From a virus: 64,000 nucleotides of DNA. A program made the translations under genes and the position numbers. Every line of letters starts with the position of its first letter. Position 1 is the stretch's first letter. Of this stretch, positions 46,067-53,612 are shown in pieces. The notes beneath the pieces were generated by a model that saw only the letters and a program-made list of their open reading frames with translations, did no database searches and was not told where the DNA came from. The stretch is taken from positions 16,059-80,058 of the IMG/VR virus record IMGVR_UViG_3300010389_003143. One strand, written 5' to 3'.

Positions 46067-46488
46067 TCCTCACCCCCGGTCACCACATCAGCGATGTCGA
46101 TGCCACTGTCGTAGATTTCGATGCCCGAAGGCATGGGCAGCGGATCAACCACAACCAGCTTACGGGCGATCTCCGCGTAGTTGACCCTCCGTGAAGCGAG
46201 CAAGCGACCCATCTGCATGAAGCCCCACTGCATCCGAAGGACACGCTTCGCCTTCTTCTTGCGGAGTCGCTTCTTGCCCCGATGCTTCCGCATTTCGTCA
46301 GCGAGGTTCGCCTTGATGTACTCATCGCGGGCCACCTGTCCCGTGATCATCTTGGACGCCTCGACCATCCTCGCGCTGATGCTCGACGTGGCGTAGGTCG
46401 TTGGGCCGCTCATCATCTCCTCACTGACTCCGAGCCCTGTCATGATCTTCTGCCGGAACAGATCCACCTCTGCCTTCGTGTCCATCAC
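46063..46488 (-). CDS. Hypothetical protein with portal-like and capsid-like segments (GC-rich cassette)
   Basis: IMTGLGV...GPTTYATSSI and RRVNYAEIARKLVVVDPLPMPSGIEIYD. Confidence 0.5.
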   Translation of the reverse strand: MMDTKAEVDLFRQKIMTGLGVSEEMMSGPTTYATSSISARMVEASKMITGQVARDEYIKANLADEMRKHRGKKRLRKKKAKRVLRMQWGFMQMGRLLASRRVNYAEIARKLVVVDPLPMPSGIEIYDSGIDIADVVTGGEE

Positions 46489-46793
46489 GGCTTCTCAGTC
46501 TGCCACAGGGCATCCGTCACCGCAGACTGGATCGCCTGCTTCACCGTGGGCGACTCGCGGGTCCACGACGAGATCGCGTGCTTCACGGCGTCACTGATAG
46601 CCGCGTCGAGGTGGCGGCGTACCGACTCCTTGATTCTGTGCTCCAGATGGCCGTTGGTCACGAGGTCCGTGATTTCTGCCTCGACCTGCTTTTGAATATC
46701 GCCCTGACGGGCAACAATAGAGTTGACGACCGAGTGTCGCATCGACTCAACGTCGAGCTGTAGTCGAATCATATGCAGAGGTTGACTGCTCAT
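46485..46793 (-). CDS. Hypothetical helical protein (GC-rich cassette)
   Basis: AAGGAG RBS before MSSQPL at 46793. Confidence 0.55.
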   Translation of the reverse strand: MSSQPLHMIRLQLDVESMRHSVVNSIVARQGDIQKQVEAEITDLVTNGHLEHRIKESVRRHLDAAISDAVKHAISSWTRESPTVKQAIQSAVTDALWQTEKP

Positions 46794-46815
46794 TTTCACT
46801 CCTTTGGAATAAAAG

Positions 46816-47343
46816 CTATATAACAAAATAAAACAATAAAAACAAGATACCAAATGATAGCTGCCAACTTACAGTGTGTATTAAGAGTGCTGTATGGCTA
46901 AAGCCTGAAGCTTCCCAAAACTTCCAGCCATCCGTTGACATTTTTGGTACCCCTCTGTAAAAAGTAGACAGGTTATAAGCTCCGTCAACATAATTATTTA
47001 TTGCCCATGCAGCCAAAAAAGAATTCAAAACTACAGAGCTGGCTAGAAGCGGAGATAAGAACGCTAGGTAGGTAAAGTAAAAAATTAGGGATACAGTATT
47101 GGTCATTACAGGTGCAGCAGAAACAAGGGCTTCTTGCACGCTCGTAAATCTAACAACTTGAACGTATTGGACATAAGCCCAAACCCACCTACCGCTTATC
47201 ATGCCTGGGAATGGCCATATTTTTGTAATTGTAGCTCCAAAATACTGCGCGGTAAGGGCATGTGCCCCTTCGTGTTGCAGATTTTGCGGAATCCACCAAA
47301 AAGCGCAAAACAAAAGCATTAATGGCAAAGAAACTGCGTCCAT
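46816..47343 (-). CDS. M50-like intramembrane metallopeptidase
   Basis: HEGAHAL, SAAP, several TM helices, TDG. Confidence 0.65.
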   Translation of the reverse strand: MDAVSLPLMLLFCAFWWIPQNLQHEGAHALTAQYFGATITKIWPFPGMISGRWVWAYVQYVQVVRFTSVQEALVSAAPVMTNTVSLIFYFTYLAFLSPLLASSVVLNSFLAAWAINNYVDGAYNLSTFYRGVPKMSTDGWKFWEASGFSHTALLIHTVSWQLSFGILFLLFYFVI

Positions 47344-47344
47344 T

Positions 47345-47593
47345 TTATTCCCTCAAAATTTTGGCCTCAAGTATTTCGTATGGCCCCTTTTTATGGTACC
47401 CAATTTGATCATATCCACCAACGTGTATAAAGTCCTCTCCATCTATAAGACCTATAACGGAGCATAAATGACCTTTTGCAATATCTGCGGCATCGTGATT
47501 ATTTGTAGCTATCTCATAGCCAATTATTCTATGCCTTGTCTCAAGCTGAACTTGATATATTGGCATTTTTTCTGGATTATTCCAACTCATCAC
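47345..47593 (-). CDS. Hypothetical protein
   Basis: Packed gene chain. Confidence 0.5.
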   Translation of the reverse strand: MMSWNNPEKMPIYQVQLETRHRIIGYEIATNNHDAADIAKGHLCSVIGLIDGEDFIHVGGYDQIGYHKKGPYEILEAKILRE

Positions 47594-48044
47594 TCATCTC
47601 CTCAACCGCTCTTTGTATTGCGGCTATGAACTCGGGGTCGTCAATCTCCTTGATCTGGGACAACGACTGACAGTGGAACAGACCCGTGTAGATCGCCCCG
47701 CAGTGCTCACAGACCTCCTCTTTTGGCCCCCGACGTGGAAGGTCTGCCAAGGATACCCCGACGTGCTTCTTGCCGGTAGGCTTCCCATCAGGGTCGATGC
47801 ACTTGGGACACGGCGGCAGAGCGGGATGCCCGTGCGCTTTCCCTCCGGTGTAGGTGACACCGGGCACCATCTTGTCGAGGTCAACGAGCTTACCAAAGCA
47901 GTTGTCGCACTCATCGACTACACCGGTTGGCATGAGAACAGTGTTGCCGTCCTCCGTCTTGCGAACCCTCTCGGGGTTGTCGATGCCAATGCCGACGATC
48001 TCGGTAGCAGACCACTGGATGCGGGGCTTGTCTTTCTCACTCAT
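47577..48044 (-). CDS. Multi-zinc-finger hypothetical protein (GC-rich cassette)
   Basis: CDNC, CPKC, CEHC..HC; GGAGG RBS. Confidence 0.55.
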   Translation of the reverse strand: MSEKDKPRIQWSATEIVGIGIDNPERVRKTEDGNTVLMPTGVVDECDNCFGKLVDLDKMVPGVTYTGGKAHGHPALPPCPKCIDPDGKPTGKKHVGVSLADLPRRGPKEEVCEHCGAIYTGLFHCQSLSQIKEIDDPEFIAAIQRAVEEMSDELE

Positions 48045-48249
48045 CGGCCACCTCCTCCAAGTCCTCCCTACTGAACCAGTGGTACGGGAACGCCAGCTTC
48101 ACCATCCCGGCATAAGGCCCCCAAGGCGGACCCTCCTGCACGATGGGTTGTGGGCGACGGGTGGCCTCTTGGAGAGAGGGCGGAGAGTCCCAGATGACTT
48201 GCTTGACGAGATACCGCTTCTCGCTTGGCTTGGTTTTGATCTCACCCAT
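48037..48249 (-). CDS. Hypothetical protein (GC-rich cassette)
   Basis: GGAGG RBS; overlapping chain. Confidence 0.5.
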   Translation of the reverse strand: MGEIKTKPSEKRYLVKQVIWDSPPSLQEATRRPQPIVQEGPPWGPYAGMVKLAFPYHWFSREDLEEVADE

Positions 48250-48574
48250 CAGCCTTTCCTCCGATGCTGCGATAAGACGGGAAGGTCGGCGGCCACACCG
48301 GAGCGTCGGGATCCCACTGGCGCAGGAAGGTGTCGATGTTGGGCCAGTGCCGAACCCAAGCGTACTTGTCCTCGCCTCGGATCAACCCTGCGAGGGCACG
48401 GCAGGACTCGCCCGGATTTCCCGCGTCCACAGTGACGAGAATTGCCACCCCCGGCTTGGTGTTGTAGGCCATGTTGGAGCCGACGTTGACCTCGACAACC
48501 GGTGGACGGACATCGAGGGGGTCGGACACATCAAGCACCAAGAACAGGCTCATTTCAGTCGGGTGTTTTGCCAT
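48242..48574 (-). CDS. Hypothetical protein (GC-rich cassette)
   Basis: AAGGAG RBS; TGATG overlap. Confidence 0.55.
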   Translation of the reverse strand: MAKHPTEMSLFLVLDVSDPLDVRPPVVEVNVGSNMAYNTKPGVAILVTVDAGNPGESCRALAGLIRGEDKYAWVRHWPNIDTFLRQWDPDAPVWPPTFPSYRSIGGKADG

Positions 48575-48771
48575 CAGATGTGCTCCTTTTTTGGGTCCGA
48601 AGCAAAAGCGTGCGGATCCCCATCTAGCGAGAATTCTTCTATGATTTTGTCCAAAGAGTTATTCAAAGCATCTGCGATAGGAGTCACCCTAGTCTTATCG
48701 AGGAACTTCAATCGATATTTTATTTCATCGATAGCCCGAATCGCTTCAGAATCATTTGTTATAAATTCCAT
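48574..48771 (-). CDS. Hypothetical protein
   Basis: Packed gene chain. Confidence 0.5.
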   Translation of the reverse strand: MEFITNDSEAIRAIDEIKYRLKFLDKTRVTPIADALNNSLDKIIEEFSLDGDPHAFASDPKKEHI

Positions 48772-48792
48772 GATTTATCCCTACCGCCAGCC

Positions 48793-49005
48793 TTATTTAA
48801 TCCAGTCAATAGACCAATAATCTTGTCTAGGCTCAGAGTCTACGCCTTTGAACGGATTATGAGCCTTAAAATAAGTTCCGCCGACCCGACATTCATTATT
48901 GACGCACCACCAGTGCTCGGAACTGTCAGAAGATGCCGAATCTTCTCGCGAATCAGCATTTTTCACAAGAGCGCTTCCACACGCAGGACAAAATAGCTTT
49001 GTCAT
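48793..49005 (-). CDS. Zinc-ribbon protein
   Basis: CPACG...CVNNEC; AGGAG RBS. Confidence 0.55.
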   Translation of the reverse strand: MTKLFCPACGSALVKNADSREDSASSDSSEHWWCVNNECRVGGTYFKAHNPFKGVDSEPRQDYWSIDWIK

Positions 49006-49036
49006 TATCTTTATCTCCTAATTTTGCGATATAGTT

Positions 49037-49065
49037 TATATATGCAGCGTCCTGTTCTCTGGCAA
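49037..49065 (-). promoter_or_regulatory. Sigma70-like promoter (TTGCCA-N17-TATATA) heading the variable small-gene region
   Basis: Intergenic, correct spacing, upstream of 49005. Confidence 0.45.
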
Positions 49066-49068
49066 TTT

Positions 49069-49386
49069 TTATGGTCTAGAATTTGGGTCCGAATCAGCTT
49101 TCCGCCTTTTGCTTATCTTTATCCAGATTGCCCAAAGAATCGGAACAGCCAACCAATGGAAGCATAAGACCAGAGAAGCTGGAATGGCTGCATAAAATAT
49201 CGGATGCACATAAGCTCCAATAAAGCCAAATATGATTGGGAAAAGAATATCTTCCGTAATTTCCCAGCCAATAAATATCACCGTAAATGCCAGGCCATTT
49301 TCTTTTAGAAAAGATTTTATTTTTTCCAAAGAAAAATGTTCAATCTTATGTAATAGCCTATGCTTTACCCAGTTATAAAGCTTCAT
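49069..49386 (-). CDS. Membrane protein
   Basis: Two to three hydrophobic helices. Confidence 0.6.
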   Translation of the reverse strand: MKLYNWVKHRLLHKIEHFSLEKIKSFLKENGLAFTVIFIGWEITEDILFPIIFGFIGAYVHPIFYAAIPASLVLCFHWLAVPILWAIWIKISKRRKADSDPNSRP

Positions 49387-49721
49387 TTTATCAAGTACTC
49401 TTTTGCGTGACCTTCTTTTACAAGCCAGTCATTTAATGACTCGTCGCTTCCATCTTCGCAGACGATGGCTAGCCATCTGCCATATTTTCCTTTTTTATCT
49501 TTTACAGTTTTTATCGTAATCCATTTGTTCAAGATTCTGGATCTAACTATATCTCTGACTTTTATCCCCTCTTCTTTTGAGGAACCTCTTACTTCGGGCG
49601 TGTTTATGCCGTAAAGTCTAAGCTTTTGCTTTTTTAACAAGATTCCAAAGCCTAAATCTATATCGCAAGTTATTGTGTCTCCATCGTAAACTTTAACTAC
49701 ATAAGATTTATATTCAAACAT
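49383..49721 (-). CDS. Thermonuclease (SNase) family nuclease
   Basis: VYDGDT, RLYGINTPE, GKYGRWLA, LN..LVKEGHA. Confidence 0.9.
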   Translation of the reverse strand: MFEYKSYVVKVYDGDTITCDIDLGFGILLKKQKLRLYGINTPEVRGSSKEEGIKVRDIVRSRILNKWITIKTVKDKKGKYGRWLAIVCEDGSDESLNDWLVKEGHAKEYLIK

Positions 49722-49734
49722 CTCTGCCTCAGGA

Positions 49735-51501
49735 TTAGTGCGGAAGCATTCCGCACTCTCTCATAGCATGAATAGTCATAGGGAAATCTCCCTGTTCCTC
49801 TACAAGTCTTAGCATCTCTGCTGCAACCTGACGAACTTCAAGCTGAGCATGCTCATCGTTTCTTAGTTTTTGAAAATGAGCAAAAGATCGCCAATTAAAC
49901 ATAATATCACAGGTAATTTGAATGCCATAAGGAAGATAAAACCTTGCGCTTTCCTTTGCCCGCTTTCTACTATAGCCAGCTTCTTCAAGCCTGGCAATAC
50001 AACTGTGATAATTTTCATAAGCCTGCCTTATAAAGGCTTCTAAGTTTTCTCGCTCAGATTCAGGCCAATCAACAGGGAGGTAATATTTATCTATCTTAAA
50101 CTCCTTATATCTCGCTGATTCTGCATTACAATTGTGTATTAGAAAGCCATTTGCAACATAGTTATGGGTCCCATCTACCTCTAGATCATAAACATCCTGC
50201 ACTCCGAGATACTCTACGCTAACTATCTGCTCATAGTCAAATGCCAGACGCCGCCCTTTTCTTGGCTTTCTTTTTTTAAAGACCTCTTTAACGTCCTCCT
50301 TCAAAAAACTTTGGGCAAAGGCTTCCTCTGAGGCGCGAGAGGAATGAATTTTTTTGTGGCAACCCGAACATACAGGGGCAAGATTATTATAATCTGTCGC
50401 CCTAGTCTTATCGACTGATACTGGAATAACATGGTGGCACACAAAATCCCTAGAACACCCTTCTGGGTCAATCTGAGCTTGACAAACATAATTAAATTTA
50501 CTCAAAAGGGCCGGCATCTGCTCTCTTGTCCAGTTTCCAACGGTAGCCCTCCAGATTTTATAATCTAAATCTGGATTTATATTTGGATTTACACCATTCT
50601 TTTGGCGATTCAACTTGTATCCATACTTTCCTTTGTTCCACGGAATATTTCCAGGCTTAAAATCCTTATTCATATCTTTTAGAAAGATTATATCATGTAT
50701 ATATCCCCATTTTTTAATAAGCTCGTATTTATATCCACTTATTTTGGCAACTTCTTTCCTGGTATATTTACCCTCATATTTACCCTCATATTTAGCCCAC
50801 CAATCTCTAAAGGTATATGGCTTTCCAGATACATTTATATTTATCCCGTTTACGGCGACCATATTATCTACATTAGATATGGTCGCCTTAGAACCAAAAA
50901 CTTCTACGCCAAGATACTCTCCAATTTCTACAAAGCCGTCGTCCCGAGAGTAAAACTTGTGATCTAATGTAGTTGATATTGTTCTTCCGGACTTTGTAGT
51001 AAACTTATAAACATCACTCTTACCGTTATAAAAAACCTTTGATATATAGCCTTTTTTTACAAGATTTGAATCATCTTGCTTAGTCCTGCATCGAACCGGC
51101 CTACCATACTGCCTTCTATACTCCTTTCCATTTTTAGACTTCGATAAGATTCCATTCTCATATTGATCATAGAGATCCTTTATCATCACCTTTCTTACTC
51201 CGCCACTGGGCTTTGGAATGTAAATCTCGGTATCACCAGTAACGCAATTCACCCCGGCTCGATGCTTCAAAAGATGAATATGGGTGGCGATATCAGTTGT
51301 AATAAGGAAGTGCAAGGATGATTTCTCAAAGGGTGTGTGATGACCTTCGCGAGCCAGCATATTTAAAAGCTTGCCCATTCTAGCTCGCTTTTTAGGATTT
51401 AAATCACGGCTGGTGCTTGTCCATGCAGAGAGGGCGTGCGTTTCGTCGCTCCCATAAGTTCCCATTAATTCTACGGTATTTTTTGTATTTACTTTGCTCA
51501 T
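49735..51501 (-). CDS. thyX: Flavin-dependent thymidylate synthase, intein-containing
   Basis: GHHTPFE, KHRAGVN|CNAESARY, ARFYLP, NWRSF.HF..LR...HAQLEVR. Confidence 0.92.
   Translation of the reverse strand: MSKVNTKNTVELMGTYGSDETHALSAWTSTSRDLNPKKRARMGKLLNMLAREGHHTPFEKSSLHFLITTDIATHIHLLKHRAGVNCVTGDTEIYIPKPSGGVRKVMIKDLYDQYENGILSKSKNGKEYRRQYGRPVRCRTKQDDSNLVKKGYISKVFYNGKSDVYKFTTKSGRTISTTLDHKFYSRDDGFVEIGEYLGVEVFGSKATISNVDNMVAVNGININVSGKPYTFRDWWAKYEGKYEGKYTRKEVAKISGYKYELIKKWGYIHDIIFLKDMNKDFKPGNIPWNKGKYGYKLNRQKNGVNPNINPDLDYKIWRATVGNWTREQMPALLSKFNYVCQAQIDPEGCSRDFVCHHVIPVSVDKTRATDYNNLAPVCSGCHKKIHSSRASEEAFAQSFLKEDVKEVFKKRKPRKGRRLAFDYEQIVSVEYLGVQDVYDLEVDGTHNYVANGFLIHNCNAESARYKEFKIDKYYLPVDWPESERENLEAFIRQAYENYHSCIARLEEAGYSRKRAKESARFYLPYGIQITCDIMFNWRSFAHFQKLRNDEHAQLEVRQVAAEMLRLVEEQGDFPMTIHAMRECGMLPH
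50131..51246 (-). mobile_element. Intein in ThyX (372 aa) carrying an HNH endonuclease
   Basis: N|CVTGDTEI...TLDHKF...HHVIP...NNLAPVCSGCH...VYDLEVDGTHNYVANGFLIHN|C. Confidence 0.92.
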
Positions 51502-51507
51502 TTCACC

Positions 51508-51750
51508 TTACTTTTTAAGCTCTTCAGTTTCGAGATCTAAAGGCAAGCTTATTTCTGAGTAATAAAGATCAGAATAATGCTTAATCTCTTTTCTTAGCCT
51601 AGAGATTTCTTCTACTGCTTTTTCCAAATCATTTCTAATCAGCATTATATTCCACCTGTCCAGTGAATCGTCTAGGTGGGACTTTATCTCATCCAAATCA
51701 TCTTGAGTCATTTTCATCCCTCCCCATCGATAAGGCCTTAGATTTTCCAT
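51508..51750 (-). CDS. Hypothetical coiled-coil protein
   Basis: GGAGG RBS before MKMTQ. Confidence 0.5.
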   Translation of the reverse strand: MENLRPYRWGGMKMTQDDLDEIKSHLDDSLDRWNIMLIRNDLEKAVEEISRLRKEIKHYSDLYYSEISLPLDLETEELKK

Positions 51751-52081
51751 CTTCGCCTATCCCGACAAATACTACCCGGTTGAACTCCGCAATTTCTTCC
51801 CCAGAAGATGCGTTAACCACTTTTGCATAGAAAGTTATGCTAGTCTTTCCTTTCTTTAAAAAAGAAACCTCTATCTGAACAATATCTCCTCGTGATGCTG
51901 AAGATATAAAGTTTATCTCAGATATATTTCTTGTAGCGCAGATGCTTCCCGTAAGTAGCCTTGCTTGCATTCCGCAAGCTTCATCAACCCATTTCATTAA
52001 ATTGCCGCCATGCAAGGTGCCATGAGCATTTAAATCTGGTTGCGTTACAAGGTATCTATAACTCCAATTTATATTTTTCAT
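51698..52081 (-). CDS. Hotdog-fold acyl-CoA thioesterase
   Basis: DLNAHGTLHGGNLMKWVDEA...INF...GD...GKTSI. Confidence 0.88.
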   Translation of the reverse strand: MKNINWSYRYLVTQPDLNAHGTLHGGNLMKWVDEACGMQARLLTGSICATRNISEINFISSASRGDIVQIEVSFLKKGKTSITFYAKVVNASSGEEIAEFNRVVFVGIGEDGKSKALSMGRDENDSR

Positions 52082-52096
52082 AATTAATATTTTAAA

Positions 52097-52657
52097 TTAA
52101 ATAATCTCATCAATTACGCCTAGTTTTAGGGCTTCATCGGCGCCCATATACCAGTCAACCTTCTTCTTCAGAATTTTCTTTAGCTCTTGCTCTGTGATTC
52201 TAGTCCTCTGAAGGGTGATGTCTTCAATTCTCTTCTGAAGCCTCTTCGTCTCCTTTAGCTTCTCCTCCATATCCTGAACCTTTCCGAAGAAACCGGTAGA
52301 TACTTGGTGATAAAGAGGGGTAGAAAGAGAGTAGCCAAAGCGCTTATGGCCGGAAATTAGAATCATAAATCCACAAGACATTGCTGCGCCAGTCACAATT
52401 GTATGAATTGGCGTTTGACTCTTCTCCATAACCCCAAGAAGGCCAAAGCACTGATAAACCTGCCCGCCATACGAATCAATGTATATCTTAATTGGAGAAG
52501 GCGAATAGCTTATTCCGTGAATAGAGTAAAGCTTCTCAAGATAGCTGTCATGCTCGTTGATATCAACGATGGCCTTCGTTAGGGCATTCATCGTTTTCTG
52601 CGTTACTTGGTCGGGCAGATATAGGTTTCTCCCCTTTGGGGTCGGTAGCGTGTCCAT
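52097..52657 (-). CDS. clpP: ClpP-like serine protease
   Basis: IYIDSYGG, GAAMSCG (catalytic Ser), YHQ, D.YM.A.EALKLGVID. Confidence 0.88.
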   Translation of the reverse strand: MDTLPTPKGRNLYLPDQVTQKTMNALTKAIVDINEHDSYLEKLYSIHGISYSPSPIKIYIDSYGGQVYQCFGLLGVMEKSQTPIHTIVTGAAMSCGFMILISGHKRFGYSLSTPLYHQVSTGFFGKVQDMEEKLKETKRLQKRIEDITLQRTRITEQELKKILKKKVDWYMGADEALKLGVIDEII

Positions 52658-52738
52658 TTAAACTCCTTTTGTCTTTTTTGTGAAAATCACCATAATCAAA
52701 TGTGAGGGATATGTCCATAAAGAATTTTGAAGAGAAAC

Positions 52739-52939
52739 CTACTCCCTGTTCTGCTCGTATTTATCCCACAGAATTTCAAAAATATAATTTGCAATTGTTA
52801 ATAGCAAATGTAAAAAAAGAGTAAACCAAGTTGCGGACTTCACGTCTCCAGTAAATAAAAATATAGCCAAGTAAGTTAAGACAATTGATATAATTCTCCA
52901 TAAGATTATCTTCTTGACGAGAAGGCTTGCATCGCTCAT
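52739..52939 (-). CDS. DUF2061-like small membrane protein
   Basis: KKIILWRIISI...FTGD...YIFEILW. Confidence 0.65.
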   Translation of the reverse strand: MSDASLLVKKIILWRIISIVLTYLAIFLFTGDVKSATWFTLFLHLLLTIANYIFEILWDKYEQNRE

Positions 52940-53535
52940 AGCAGCCCCATATCTTTGGCTTTATTTATAACGCATACCTCCAGGGAATCATTGCCTAAAG
53001 AGTAGGAGAGCGCATACTCCTGCAGCATTTTTAAATCTTTTAAATCTTCTATTTCGTGGAACTCAAATATGCTGGGAGCTGCTGCCTGCACCCATCGGAG
53101 TAGTTCCTCAATTGAACTTTCAGCCTTCTTTTTGGCAAGGAAGGCAGAATACATTCTTTCAAACTCATTGATCATGGAAGGAAGAAGGAAAAGTTGCGTG
53201 CCAGTAACTGACTTTTCACCGCGCCTAAACTTATAGTCAAACATCCAATTTATATAATTGTAAATCTTGACCGTTACCTCTTCTTTTATTTTGCTTTTTT
53301 CTTCTTTTGGAAGAAAGCTATAATTTTCTGGCGCTATAGTTTTAAAAAGCTTTGCGAAGTCACGACTCTCTTTTCCCTTACCGGGATCACCCTTCCATCT
53401 GACTAATCTAAAGCGCACACCATTTTTTTTCTCATATTTATGACAGAAGTAAGCCATAAGGGTTATGTGATTCCAGGTACTTTTAGGCTTAGAAATCCAT
53501 TCAGGTATATTTGAGTAAAATTCTTCTTGATTCAT
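52936..53535 (-). CDS. Conserved hypothetical phage protein
   Basis: WNHITLMAYFCHKYEK...YINWMF; lies downstream of the helicase. Confidence 0.6.
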   Translation of the reverse strand: MNQEEFYSNIPEWISKPKSTWNHITLMAYFCHKYEKKNGVRFRLVRWKGDPGKGKESRDFAKLFKTIAPENYSFLPKEEKSKIKEEVTVKIYNYINWMFDYKFRRGEKSVTGTQLFLLPSMINEFERMYSAFLAKKKAESSIEELLRWVQAAAPSIFEFHEIEDLKDLKMLQEYALSYSLGNDSLEVCVINKAKDMGLL

Positions 53536-53612
53536 TCTTTCCCCGCCGATAGTTCGGCATCAAGAACGATATAATCAAAATATAGGCCCAGTCAACAAAT
53601 AAGCCAGGACGT

